Assembly (NCBI GenBank): GCA_036009105.1
Contig: DASYMJ010000043.1
Location: forward strand, 25,658 to 89,657
Length of the DNA: 64,000 bases
Direction: 5' to 3'
Source: Thermoanaerobaculia bacterium
GTDB taxonomy: Bacteria > Acidobacteriota > Thermoanaerobaculia > Gp7-AA8
The notes below the pieces were generated by a model. That model made no database searches, was not told the DNA's origin, and saw only the letters and a program-made list of their open reading frames with translations. The translations under genes were made by a program, and so were the position numbers. Positions 34,235-43,146 of this stretch are shown here, one piece after another (position 1 is the first letter of the stretch; each line of letters opens with the position of its first letter).

Positions 34235-34295
34235 GAACGATGAACGATGAACGAGTTAGGTGCCGGCGTTCGTTCATCCTTCATCGTTCATCGTT
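34235..34295. repeat. Palindrome of GAACGATGAA decamer repeats in the RND operon promoter region
   Basis: The sequence is gaacgatgaacgatgaacga-gttaggtgccggcgtt-cgttcatccttcatcgttcatcgtt. The arms are reverse-complementary. The same repeat word occurs at 689-722. Confidence 0.7.
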
Positions 34296-34703
34296 TCTCA
34301 CATACGGCTCCCCATGAATTTCATCCGAGGGATCCGGCATGTAGATGCGCCACAGGTAGTCCAGGGCGATGGCCAGGCCTTGGCGCTCGCGCATGGTGGC
34401 GATGAGGGGGACGAACAGGAGCAGGAAGAAGCCGGCGCCGAGGCCGAAGTTCGTGGAGCGGAAGCCGAAGTAGAGCAGGCCGATGCCGAGGGCGATGGGG
34501 AGGCGGTCGGTGATGATGATCCACATCCAGATGTCGCCGTAGTTGCGCTGGTACTGGAGGTTGCACACGGGGCAGCGCGCGTGGGCGTGGGTCCACCTGC
34601 GGAAGAGCGGGCCCTGGCCGCAACGCGGGCAGCGGCGGCGGAGGCCGCGCAGCAGGACGGTGGGGATGGGGACGCGCATCGCCGTCGGATTATGCGTCCC
34701 CAC
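34281..34703 (-). CDS. DUF983 family zinc-ribbon membrane protein
   Basis: The Zn-ribbon CPRCGQGPLFRRW...CPVCNL is followed by two TM helices. Confidence 0.6.
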   Translation of the reverse strand: MGTHNPTAMRVPIPTVLLRGLRRRCPRCGQGPLFRRWTHAHARCPVCNLQYQRNYGDIWMWIIITDRLPIALGIGLLYFGFRSTNFGLGAGFFLLLFVPLIATMRERQGLAIALDYLWRIYMPDPSDEIHGEPYVRNDER

Positions 34704-34709
34704 CCCGCG

Positions 34710-34952
34710 TCAATGCTTGTGGTTGCGCACCGCCTGCACGCCGAGGCCGACGGCGGCTCCGACCGCGGCGCCTTTGAGCGGCTGGTGGTGATCGATCAGC
34801 GCGCCGGCGGCGGCGCCGACGAGCGCGCCGCGGGTCTGGCTGTAGTGATGACGATGGCGCTTGTGATGCTTCGTCGCCGCGAAGGCGCCTCCGGTGGGGA
34901 GGAGCAGAGAGAGGGCGAGGATGCTTGCCTGGATGCTTTTCATGCTCTCCAC
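34710..34952 (-). CDS. Glycine-zipper (Gly-zipper_2TM/17-kDa-antigen-like) small secreted protein
   Basis: It has a signal peptide, a His-rich segment and a glycine zipper (GALVGAAAGALIDHH...GAAVGAAVGLGVQA). Confidence 0.55.
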   Translation of the reverse strand: MESMKSIQASILALSLLLPTGGAFAATKHHKRHRHHYSQTRGALVGAAAGALIDHHQPLKGAAVGAAVGLGVQAVRNHKH

Positions 34953-34983
34953 AATTGCGAAGCGCGTGCCGGATATAAACCCT

Positions 34984-35775
34984 TTATCTCAAGGCATTTA
35001 GCGCCGCTTCGTGGAGGGCTCCATTGGTCGAGACGGCGCTCCGTCCGTCGTACCGCGCGTTGCCGCCGAGGTCGGTGAAACGGCCGCCTGCCTCCTCCAC
35101 GATCAGCTGCACGGCGGCCACGTCCCACGGCGCGACTTCCGGCTCCACGGCGACGTCCATCGCCCCTTCCGCAACCAGCATGTGCGCCCAGAAATCGCCG
35201 AAGCCGCGGGTGCGGCCGCAGGCGCGGGCCAGGGCGAGGAAGCGGTCCGCCAGGCCGGCCTTGTCAAAGTCGGCGATGCCGTCGTAGGCCAGCTGCGCTT
35301 CGGCCAGCGTCTTGACCGAGGAGACGCGGAGGCGCGCGCCGTTGCAGAACGCGCCTTGCCCCCGCACGGCAAACCAGCGGCGGGCCAGCGCGGGCGCGGA
35401 GACGACGCCGACCTGCAGCGCATCATCAACCGCCAAGGCGATGAGCGTGGCGAAGACGGGGATGCCGCGGATGTAGTTCCTGGTGGCGTCGATGGGATCG
35501 ATGATCCATTTGCGGGCTCCCCTCACCCCGCCCTCCGGGCCACCCTCTCCCCGCCCGGGGGGAGAGGGTTCTTCGGACCCGAGCTCTTCGCCGATCACCG
35601 CGTCGCCCGCCGGCAGGCGCGAGCGCAGCAGGCGCTCCACCGCCTCATCCACCTCGGAGACCGGCGTCTGGTCCGCCTTCGTCCGCACCGCGAGCGACGG
35701 CGAGCGGAAATGCCTCAGCGTCAGCTCGTCCGCGGCGTCGGCCAGCGCCAGCGCCAGCTCCAGATCGGGCGTCAC
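34984..35775 (-). CDS. Inositol monophosphatase family protein (IMPase/SuhB/HisN-like)
   Basis: The motif WIIDPIDATRNYIRGIPVFATLIAL (WxIDPIDGT-like) is present, with DEAVERLL upstream and GGRFTDLGG at the C-terminus. Start is placed at GTG 35775, overlapping the M28 peptidase stop (GTGA). The track ORF over-extends upstream. Confidence 0.8.
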   Translation of the reverse strand: MTPDLELALALADAADELTLRHFRSPSLAVRTKADQTPVSEVDEAVERLLRSRLPAGDAVIGEELGSEEPSPPGRGEGGPEGGVRGARKWIIDPIDATRNYIRGIPVFATLIALAVDDALQVGVVSAPALARRWFAVRGQGAFCNGARLRVSSVKTLAEAQLAYDGIADFDKAGLADRFLALARACGRTRGFGDFWAHMLVAEGAMDVAVEPEVAPWDVAAVQLIVEEAGGRFTDLGGNARYDGRSAVSTNGALHEAALNALR

Positions 35776-37707
35776 GGCTGGACGAGCTTGAGATTGGCCA
35801 GCAGCTTGATGGCCCGGTTCACCCACCCCTCGTCGATCGGATCGCCCGTCTCGCCCGCCACCAGATCGGCGATCTCGCGCGGCGTGCGCCGGCCGTCCAT
35901 GAAGTTGACCGTCTCGTAGAGGGCCAGGTCGAAGTCGCCCAGGGCCGCCTTCTGCGCGTCGATCCACGTGCGGTCATCGCCGGTCTGCTCGCCGAACAGC
36001 TCGTCGAAGATGGGGAGCATGGTCAGGCGGCGCGGTCCCTTGCCCGCCGCGGCCGGAGCGGCGGCAGGTTTGGCGGTCCAGGAGAAGATGCCTTTGTTGG
36101 AGAGCGTCGCATTGGGCAGCGCCGCGGCGTTCGCCGCGAGCCGCTTCTGCACGTCCGCCGCGGCGCGCGTGTTGCCGGCCAGGCGCAGGCGCGCGAGCAG
36201 CTCGCCGTCCGCGCGGAGGCGCTCGGTGGCCACCAGCGGGGCGAGCCGCTGCCACTCGCCCTGGTCCGCGTTGGCCAGCCAGTAGATGACGTTCGCCGCG
36301 AGGGCGCCGACGCGCTTGAGCTCCGTCGCATCCGACTTGTCCGGACGGTCCTCGCTGGTGTGATGCGTCCAGTCCGGGTCGTGGCCGAACATGGTGGACG
36401 GCACGCCGATGCCGAGGAACATGTCGTGGTCGCTGCCCTGCGCGTAGGGCGTCACCGCGGAGTGCCAGTACTGATGCGTGCCGGTCGGCGCGTAGAGCTT
36501 CGCCTCGCGCGCCTGGTCCAGCGCGTCCGGCAGCAGCGCGTCGAGGAAGGAGGGGACGGAGAGCGGCGCGCGCGTCATGTAGAAGCGGCTGCCGGTCTTC
36601 TGCAGGTCTTCCCCGATCATGTCCAGGTTGACGTTCGCGATCACGCAGCGATCGGTGCCGGGAGGCGTGGGGCGGGGATCGTCGAAAGGCGCGCAGGCCC
36701 GCTCCTCCGGATGCCGGGTCAGGTAGGCCATGGTGCCGAAGTACTCCGGCACCCACATGAAGTGGATGGTGCGGCGCGGGTTGGGGATCGCGCCGGACTT
36801 GATGAGCGCGGTCAGCGTGCGCAGCACCTCCAGCATCGCGGCGGAGCCGCTGGCGTTGTCGTTCGCGCTCCACTGGGGATGGTCGAGGTGAGCCGTGACG
36901 ATGATCTCGTCCGGGCTCTCCGAGCCGCGGATGTAGCCGTGGGTCACGACCAGCCGGCCGTTGCCGAGGTCCGCGTCGATGTTGCCGCGCACGCGGACGG
37001 CTCCTTTGGCCATGCGCAGCTTCAGCATCTCGTACTGGCTCTGGGAGATCTGGAACGAGCCGCTGGTCTTCTCCACTTCATTGACCCGGGTCCAGAGGCC
37101 GTTGTAGCGGACCATGTCCGGATGCTCGTTGCGGTCGCCGGGCGGCGGGTAGATCACGGCGCCGACCGCGCCGTACTTTTGCACGCCCATGCGGACCACG
37201 TCGCGCGCGTAGCCATAGGCGAGGACCACTTTGCCTTTCAGGTCGCGGCCGGTGTAGTCGCCATCGCTGGTCCCTTTGCCGACGTCGACCAGCTCGCCGC
37301 TCCACTGGCCGCCTTTGGAGTAGGTGGAGACGCACATCGGCGTGTCGCTGAAGCGGCACAGCCGCACCGGCTCGTCCCCTTCCACCCACAGCTCGCCGGA
37401 ATTGATGTTCCAGCCCATGGGGCCGACCCAGGTCTGGTACTTGATGCGGCCGTCGGTGTTGAAGAACTCCATGTCGCCGTTCATGCCGGTGATGCGCACG
37501 CCGTCCAGGACGATCTTGAGGGCGACCTCGACCATGTCCGGCCCGGCCTGGATGCGGTGGAACTCGGAGATGCGCCGCTCCTGGGCCAGGGCGCGCTCGC
37601 CGGAGTACTCCGCGGCGATCTTGTCGAAGGTCTGCTGGTTGATGATGTGCGGGGCGGCGTTGGCGGTGACGGCAAAAAACATGAGGAGGGGGAGGAAACG
37701 CTTCATA
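35772..37707 (-). CDS. M28 family zinc aminopeptidase with PA domain, secreted
   Basis: The signal peptide is MKRFLPLLMFFAVTANA. M28 metal-ligand regions are HLDHPQWSANDNASGSAAMLEVL, EYFG and HTSEDRPD. The track ORF start at 37991 over-extends. Confidence 0.8.
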
Positions 37708-37795
37708 GAGGCGGAGCGTAGCACGTGTGTTGGCCGGCGGCGGGCCGCTGCTCCACGCCCGCTGCCCGCCGAAAAGTGCCCTATCATCCCCGACC

Positions 37796-39235
37796 GTGTT
37801 TGCATCACTTCTCCTCGCACTCCTGGTGAGCGCGCCACCGGATCTGAAATGGGGCGGTGACTCGGAGGGGGGCGCTCCGTTCGTGGAGGCCGACCCGAAC
37901 GATCCGGCCGTCGTGCGCGGCTTCGACGTGGAGGTGGCGGAGGAGATCGCGAAGGGCCTCGGCCGCAGGCCGCATTTCGTGCAGGTGGCATTCACGGCCA
38001 TCGATCAGTCGGTGGCGCGCGGCGATTTCGACATCGGGATGAGCGGCGTGGAGGACACCCCGCCCCGCCGCGCGGCCATGGCGGCGACCATTCCGTACTT
38101 CGAGTTCCACGAGGTGCTCACCACGCGCGCGGCCGACCGCGGCCGCTTCCGCACCCTGGACGACCTCCGCGGCCACCGCGTCGGCACCCTCGGCGGCACG
38201 ATCGCTTACGACCGCCTGCTCGAGGCGCAGAAGGACGGCGTGGTGCTCGTCTCGTATGACGATGACGTGCACCCCTACGAGGACCTGGCCCAGGGCCGCC
38301 TCGATGCCGTGCTCCTCGACAACATCATCGCCGCCCGCTCCATGCGCCGCGTGCCCGGCCTCTTCATGCAGCCCAAGCCGGTGATGACCGGCCACTACGT
38401 CGCCGTGCTGGCCAGGGAGAACGGCGCCTTGCGCGATCAGGTGGACGCCATCCTGCGCGCGCGGATGCGCGACGGGACGCTGGAGCGGATCTATCGCAAG
38501 TGGCAGATCTGGGATGAGTACCAGCCCCGCTTTTTCGCCTCTGTGCTCGCGCCGCCCAAAAACGTAGGGCCGGCTCTCCAGCCGGCCCCTCGCGTCGACA
38601 AGACGCAGCTCACGCTGGCCTACATCCCCGCCCTCCTCCGCGCGTCGGTCATCACCATCGTCCTCTCCTGCCTCGCCATGGCGCTGGCCATCCTGGTCGG
38701 CGTCCTCATCGCCAGCGGCCGGGTCTACGGCGGCACGCTGCTGCGCGGCGTGCTCGCCACCTACGTGGAAATCGTGCGCGGCACGCCGGTGCTGCTGCAG
38801 CTCTTCGTTTTGTATTACGGCCTCTCCGCCGTCATCCGCCTCCCCGCCTTCATCGCCGCCCTTCTCGGCCTCGGCCTGAACTACGCCGCGTACGAGAGCG
38901 AGATCTATCGCGGCGCGCTGGAGGCGGTCTCGCGCGGCCAGCTCGAGGCGGCGCGCACGCTCGGCCTCACCGAGTCGCAGGTCTTCCGCCTGGTGCGCGG
39001 GCCGCAGGCGTTCCGCCTCGCTCTCGCGCCGATGACGAACGACTTCGTGGCGCTGCTCAAGGACTCCTCGCTCGTGTCGGTGATCACCGTTGTCGAGCTG
39101 ACCAAGCAGACGCAGATCTTCGCCGCGAACATCGGCAGCTGGGTGGTGCCCGGCATCCTCTGCGCGGCGCTCTATCTGTTGATGTCGTTGCCGCTCTCGC
39201 GCGTTGCGCGGCGGCTGGAGGAGCGGTGGCGATGA
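37796..39235 (+). CDS. Amino-acid ABC transporter, fused periplasmic substrate-binding and permease protein (PAAT family)
   Basis: The N-terminal SBP domain has VAFTAIDQSVARGDFDIGMSGV. The C-terminal His/Gln-type permease has the EAA-like loop GLNYAAYESEIYRGALEAVSRGQLEAARTLGL. The junction NVGPALQPAP is encoded by a GGGCCGGCTCTCCAGCCGGCCC hairpin unit. Start is placed at GTG 37796 (signal-like VFASLLLALLVSA); the track start at 37727 lies 20 nt from the divergent M28 start. Confidence 0.75.
   Translation: MFASLLLALLVSAPPDLKWGGDSEGGAPFVEADPNDPAVVRGFDVEVAEEIAKGLGRRPHFVQVAFTAIDQSVARGDFDIGMSGVEDTPPRRAAMAATIPYFEFHEVLTTRAADRGRFRTLDDLRGHRVGTLGGTIAYDRLLEAQKDGVVLVSYDDDVHPYEDLAQGRLDAVLLDNIIAARSMRRVPGLFMQPKPVMTGHYVAVLARENGALRDQVDAILRARMRDGTLERIYRKWQIWDEYQPRFFASVLAPPKNVGPALQPAPRVDKTQLTLAYIPALLRASVITIVLSCLAMALAILVGVLIASGRVYGGTLLRGVLATYVEIVRGTPVLLQLFVLYYGLSAVIRLPAFIAALLGLGLNYAAYESEIYRGALEAVSRGQLEAARTLGLTESQVFRLVRGPQAFRLALAPMTNDFVALLKDSSLVSVITVVELTKQTQIFAANIGSWVVPGILCAALYLLMSLPLSRVARRLEERWR
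38564..38589. repeat. Single GGGCCGGCTCTCCAGCCGGCCC hairpin unit inside the ABC SBP-permease coding sequence
   Basis: The sequence gtagggccggctctccagccggcccc is read in frame as VGPALQPAP at the SBP/permease domain boundary. Confidence 0.65.
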
Positions 39236-39981
39236 GCGTCCTCGCCATCAACGGCCTGCGCCTGAACCGCGGCCCGGTCGAGGTGCTGCGCGGGGTGAAC
39301 CTGAGCGTCGAGCGGGGCGAGCTGGTCGCGCTGATGGGCCTCTCCGGCGGCGGCAAGACGACCATCCTGCGCACCATCGCCGCGCTGGAGCCGTTCGACG
39401 CCGGCACGGTGGAGGTCGACGGCGTGACGCTCCGCCCCGGGCCGCTGCCCGCGCGCGGCGTCCTGCGCGAGCTTCGCCGCCGCGTCGGCATGGTCTTCCA
39501 GCTGCACTACCTGTTCGAGCACCTCACCGCGCTGCAGAACGTGACCCTCGCGCCGCTGCACGTCGCTCGCGCCGCGCACGCCGAGGCCGGCCGCCGCGCG
39601 CTCACCCTCCTCGAATCCCTCGGCGTGGCCCATCGCCGGGATGCCTATCCCCGCGAGCTCTCCGGCGGCGAAGCGCAGCGCGTGGCCATCGCCCGGGCCA
39701 TGGCCATGGACCCGCCGCTGCTCCTGATGGACGAGCCGACCGCCTCGCTCGATCCGGCGCGGCGCGGAGAGCTGGGCCGTACGCTCCAGCAGCTCACCTC
39801 CGGCGACCGCACCCTCATCGTCACCACCCACGACGACGACTTTGCCCGCGACTTCGCCACCCGGGTGATCATCCTCGCCGAGGGCGAGGTGGTGGAGGAA
39901 GGGCTGCCCAACGAGGTGCTGGTCAACCCGCAGCATCCGGCCACGCGCCGCCTGCTCCAACACGAACAAGTGTCATCCTGA
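39232..39981 (+). CDS. Amino-acid ABC transporter ATP-binding protein (GlnQ/HisP-like)
   Basis: Walker A is GLSGGGKTT, the signature is LSGGEAQRVAIARA, and Walker B is LLLMDEPTASLD. The ATG overlaps the permease stop. The stop codon lies inside the next MITE-like element. Confidence 0.9.
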   Translation: MSVLAINGLRLNRGPVEVLRGVNLSVERGELVALMGLSGGGKTTILRTIAALEPFDAGTVEVDGVTLRPGPLPARGVLRELRRRVGMVFQLHYLFEHLTALQNVTLAPLHVARAAHAEAGRRALTLLESLGVAHRRDAYPRELSGGEAQRVAIARAMAMDPPLLLMDEPTASLDPARRGELGRTLQQLTSGDRTLIVTTHDDDFARDFATRVIILAEGEVVEEGLPNEVLVNPQHPATRRLLQHEQVSS

Positions 39982-40068
39982 GGAGCGCAGACGCCGAAGG
40001 ATCCGTAGCGATTTCGCGCCGCGCCTGAAGGTGCGGATCCTTCGCCTCTGCGGGGCTCAGGATGGCAC
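39972..40068. repeat. Full-length MITE-like hairpin element (GTCATCCTGAG...CGAAGGATCC family)
   Basis: The element is gtcatcctgaggagcgcagacgccgaaggatccgtagcgatttcgcgccgcgcctgaaggtgcggatccttcgcctctgcggggctcaggatggcac. The centre is nearly identical to the copy at 29315-29410. Confidence 0.8.
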
Positions 40069-40081
40069 TACACTGCGCGGA

Positions 40082-41941
40082 ATGCTTGCTCTCCTCCTCG
40101 CCGCCACCCTCACCGTCGATGACTACGTCACGATGCCCAATCCTTCCACGCCGCGCCTCGCGCCGGACGGCAAGCACGTCGCGTACGTCCTGACCCGCGC
40201 GGACATGACGCGCGGCGTGTACGACTCGGATGTCTGGCTCGTCGACGCGGACGGCGGGCACGACACGCAGCTCACCCGCAGCCCGGGGGCGGATAACACG
40301 CCGAAGTGGTCGCCGGACGGCTCCACGCTCGCCTTCCTCTCCGACCGCGACGGCCGCACCGCCATCTGGACCCTCGACCTGGGAGGCGGCGAGCCGCGCA
40401 AGCTCAGCGCCGACTCCACCGGCGTGCGCGACTTCGAGTGGTCGCCGGACGGCAAGCGCATCGCGTTCGTCATGCCCGATCCCGCGCCGCCGGAGGACAA
40501 GGACGCGCCGCACGTGGCGGGCGCACCGCCGCGGCAGTCGCACCTTTACGTCGCTGATGTGGCCACCCGCGCCACGCGAAAAGTGACCGGCGGCGCCTTC
40601 ACCGTCACGCACATGTCCTGGTCTCCGGACGGCGCGCGCATCGCCATCGACAAGCTGCCCGGCTTCGGCCTGGACGACTACTACCGGGCCGATCTGGCCA
40701 TCGTGAACCTGGAGGACGGCGCCATGACGCCGCTCGTCACCCGGCCCGGCCTCGACGCGACACCGCGCTGGTCGCCGGACGGCCGGTCCATCGTCTTCAT
40801 CAGCCAGGGCGGCATCTCCGACTGGCTGGTCGAGCAGCGCCTGTACGTGGTGCCCGCGGCGGGCGGCGAGCCGCGCATCGCGCCGGGCGAGTACGACCGC
40901 ACGCCGGACGACTACGGCTGGATGGGCGACCGCCTCTGGATCAACGGCCCCTGGAGGACGACGACGCAACTGTTCCCCATCTCGCATGTGGAGGGCTCCC
41001 TCACCGACGCCGACGTGCGCGGCAACACCGCGGCCTTCATCTACCAGACCGTCACCACGCCGCCCGAAGTCTTCGTCGCCGACGTGGAGCACTTCGCGCC
41101 GCGCCAGCTCACCCACCACAACGACGAGCTCCGCACCCGCACCCTCGGCGAGACGCGCCTCATCAAATGGAAAAATCCGAAGGACGGACTGGAGATCGAA
41201 GGGCTGCTGACGTTGCCGGTCGGCTACAAGGCGGGAACGAGAGTGCCGCTGCTCACCTTCGTCCATGGCGGCCCCTCCTCCCGCTTCGACCAGGGCTTCC
41301 TCGGCTACCTCGGCCACATCTACGCGCCGCAGGTGCTCGCCGCGAACGGCTTCGCCGTGCTCCGCCCCAACCCGCGCGGCACGGGCGGCTACGGCCCCGC
41401 CTTCCGCGCCGCGAACCGCAACGACTGGGGCGGCATGGACTGGCTGGACATCGACGCCGGCATCGACGAAGCGATCCGCCTCGGCATCGCCGACGCCGAT
41501 CGCCTGGGCCTGATGGGCTGGAGCTACGGCGGCTTCATCGCCTCTTCATCCATCAGCAAGACGGACCGCTTCAAGGCCATCAGCATCGGCGCGCCGGTGG
41601 TCGACCTGCTCTCGTTCCACGGCACCACCGACATCCGCGACTTCATCCCCAGCTACTTCCGCGATCTGCCGCCGGAGCTGCTGCTGGAGCGCAGCCCGCT
41701 GTGGCACCTGCGCAAGATCTCCGCGCCGGTGCTGATCCAGCACGGCGAGGCGGACGAGCGGGTGCCGACCTCGCAAGGGATCATGCTCTACCGCCGCCTG
41801 CAGGAACTGGGCGTCGAGGTGACGCTGGTGACGTATCCGCGCACGCCGCACGTGCCGCGCGAGCCGCGCCTGCGCCTCGACATCGCGAAGCGCAACGTCG
41901 CGTTTTTCTCGCGGCTGCTCGTGAATAAAACGCAAATGTGA
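40082..41941 (+). CDS. S9 family serine peptidase (prolyl oligopeptidase/acylaminoacyl-peptidase-like) with N-terminal beta-propeller
   Basis: WSPDG repeats mark a TolB-like propeller. The C-terminal alpha/beta hydrolase has GWSYGGF (GxSxG) and a downstream Asp/His. The track ORF start at 40031 lies inside the repeat. Confidence 0.85.
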   Translation: MLALLLAATLTVDDYVTMPNPSTPRLAPDGKHVAYVLTRADMTRGVYDSDVWLVDADGGHDTQLTRSPGADNTPKWSPDGSTLAFLSDRDGRTAIWTLDLGGGEPRKLSADSTGVRDFEWSPDGKRIAFVMPDPAPPEDKDAPHVAGAPPRQSHLYVADVATRATRKVTGGAFTVTHMSWSPDGARIAIDKLPGFGLDDYYRADLAIVNLEDGAMTPLVTRPGLDATPRWSPDGRSIVFISQGGISDWLVEQRLYVVPAAGGEPRIAPGEYDRTPDDYGWMGDRLWINGPWRTTTQLFPISHVEGSLTDADVRGNTAAFIYQTVTTPPEVFVADVEHFAPRQLTHHNDELRTRTLGETRLIKWKNPKDGLEIEGLLTLPVGYKAGTRVPLLTFVHGGPSSRFDQGFLGYLGHIYAPQVLAANGFAVLRPNPRGTGGYGPAFRAANRNDWGGMDWLDIDAGIDEAIRLGIADADRLGLMGWSYGGFIASSSISKTDRFKAISIGAPVVDLLSFHGTTDIRDFIPSYFRDLPPELLLERSPLWHLRKISAPVLIQHGEADERVPTSQGIMLYRRLQELGVEVTLVTYPRTPHVPREPRLRLDIAKRNVAFFSRLLVNKTQM

Positions 41942-41998
41942 CCTGCGTCACGATTCGGGGTGAAGCGCACCGCTGAGGCTGGCCGTCAGGTGACGTAA

Positions 41999-42286
41999 AT
42001 GCACCTCAGCCAGGAAGAGATCGAGCGGTATGCCTCCCGCCATGCGTCGGTGGACGAGCTGCTGGCCACGGCTGAGCATCTGGACGACTGCTTCGACTGC
42101 CGCGACCGCGCCGCCGCCCTGATCGATTCGGGCAAAGGCGAGCCGTCTCACACGCGCAAGGTCATCGCCCCCCCGCCTCCCGCCCGCCCCCGGCCGCGCA
42201 TCGGGCGGTGGCTGCTGCCGTGGCTCTTCGCGCTGGCCGCCATCGGGCTGGCCATCTGGCTGGCCACCTCGGCCATGCAGCGCTGA
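41999..42286 (+). CDS. zf-HC2-like membrane-anchored protein (putative anti-sigma factor)
   Basis: HLSQEEIERYASRHA...HLDDCFDCRDR matches the H-x3-C-x2-C pattern. There is a Pro-rich linker and a C-terminal TM helix. No sigma factor gene is adjacent. Confidence 0.4.
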   Translation: MHLSQEEIERYASRHASVDELLATAEHLDDCFDCRDRAAALIDSGKGEPSHTRKVIAPPPPARPRPRIGRWLLPWLFALAAIGLAIWLATSAMQR

Positions 42287-42287
42287 T

Positions 42288-43052
42288 CTATCGCTTCACG
42301 AAGAGCGCGACGGTCATCACCAGGCCGATCGTCACCACCGCCCAGCGCACGAACCCGCGGCCGAGCCTTCGCGCGATCCGGGCGCCGAGGTAGCCGCCCA
42401 GGATTGCGGCGACGGCCATGATCGCGGCGTCGCGCCAGAGCACCGCGCCGGAGATGGCGAAGCAGATCGCGGCCACGCCGTTGACGCACGTGGCCAGCAG
42501 GTTCTTCAGGCCGTTCATCTGGTGCATGTCGGTCAGGCCAATGAGGCCGAGGGCGGCCAGCATGAGGATGCCCTGGCCGGCGCCGAAGTAGCCGCCGTAG
42601 ATCGCCACGAGCAGCTGGAAGGTGAAGGCGAAGATCACCCAGCCGCGCGCCGGGCGTTCGTTCGCGGAGGCGAAGGAGCGGAACCAGCGCGAGATCACCT
42701 CCTGCGCGGCGAGGAGCAGCGTGGCGGCGAGGATCAGCCACGGCACGATGCGGGTGAAGAGCTTCTCCGGCGTGTGCAGCAGGAGCAGCGCGCCGATGAT
42801 GCCGCCGATCACGGCGGGGATGGTCAGGAGCAGCAGCCAGCGGGGCAGGCCGGCCAGCTCGCGGCGGAAGCCGATCGCGCCGGCCAGCGAGCCGGGCCAG
42901 AGCGCGACGGAGTTCGTCGCGTTCGCCGCGATCGGGTTGCGGCCGATCCAGAGCAGGGCCGGGAAGGAGAGCAGCGTCCCGCCGCCGGCGATGGAGTTGA
43001 TGATGCCCGCCACGAGGGTGGCGATGGAGATGATGGCGATTTCCCGTGTCAT
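42288..43052 (-). CDS. TauE/SafE family sulfite/anion exporter (DUF81)
   Basis: 254 aa with 7-8 TM helices and duplicated GGG-rich motifs (IAGGGTLLSFPALL; GGYFGAGQGILMLAAL). The ATG lies inside the terminal CTCAGGATGAC of the adjacent repeat element. Confidence 0.85.
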   Translation of the reverse strand: MTREIAIISIATLVAGIINSIAGGGTLLSFPALLWIGRNPIAANATNSVALWPGSLAGAIGFRRELAGLPRWLLLLTIPAVIGGIIGALLLLHTPEKLFTRIVPWLILAATLLLAAQEVISRWFRSFASANERPARGWVIFAFTFQLLVAIYGGYFGAGQGILMLAALGLIGLTDMHQMNGLKNLLATCVNGVAAICFAISGAVLWRDAAIMAVAAILGGYLGARIARRLGRGFVRWAVVTIGLVMTVALFVKR

Positions 43053-43144
43053 CCTGAGTCCCGCGGAGGACGAACGATCCGTACCTTCAGGCGCCGCGCG
43101 GGATCGGTACGGATCCTTCGCCGTCCGCGCGGCTCAGGACGACA
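43048..43144. repeat. Full-length MITE-like hairpin element, centre in opposite orientation to the copies at 29315 and 39972
   Basis: The element is gtcatcctgagtcccgcggaggacgaacgatccgtaccttcaggcgccgcgcgggatcggtacggatccttcgccgtccgcgcggctcaggacgac. Its centre is approximately the reverse complement of the 29315-copy centre. Confidence 0.8.
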
Positions 43145-43146
43145 GG

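Noticed and set aside
29400-43060. AGGATG inside the element terminus (CTCAGGATGAC) acting as a built-in Shine-Dalgarno plus start codon
   Set aside because: The AGGA is directly fused to the ATG with no spacer, too close for SD function. Genes starting there (TauE, the alternative MmcQ start) are noted, but no regulatory claim is made.
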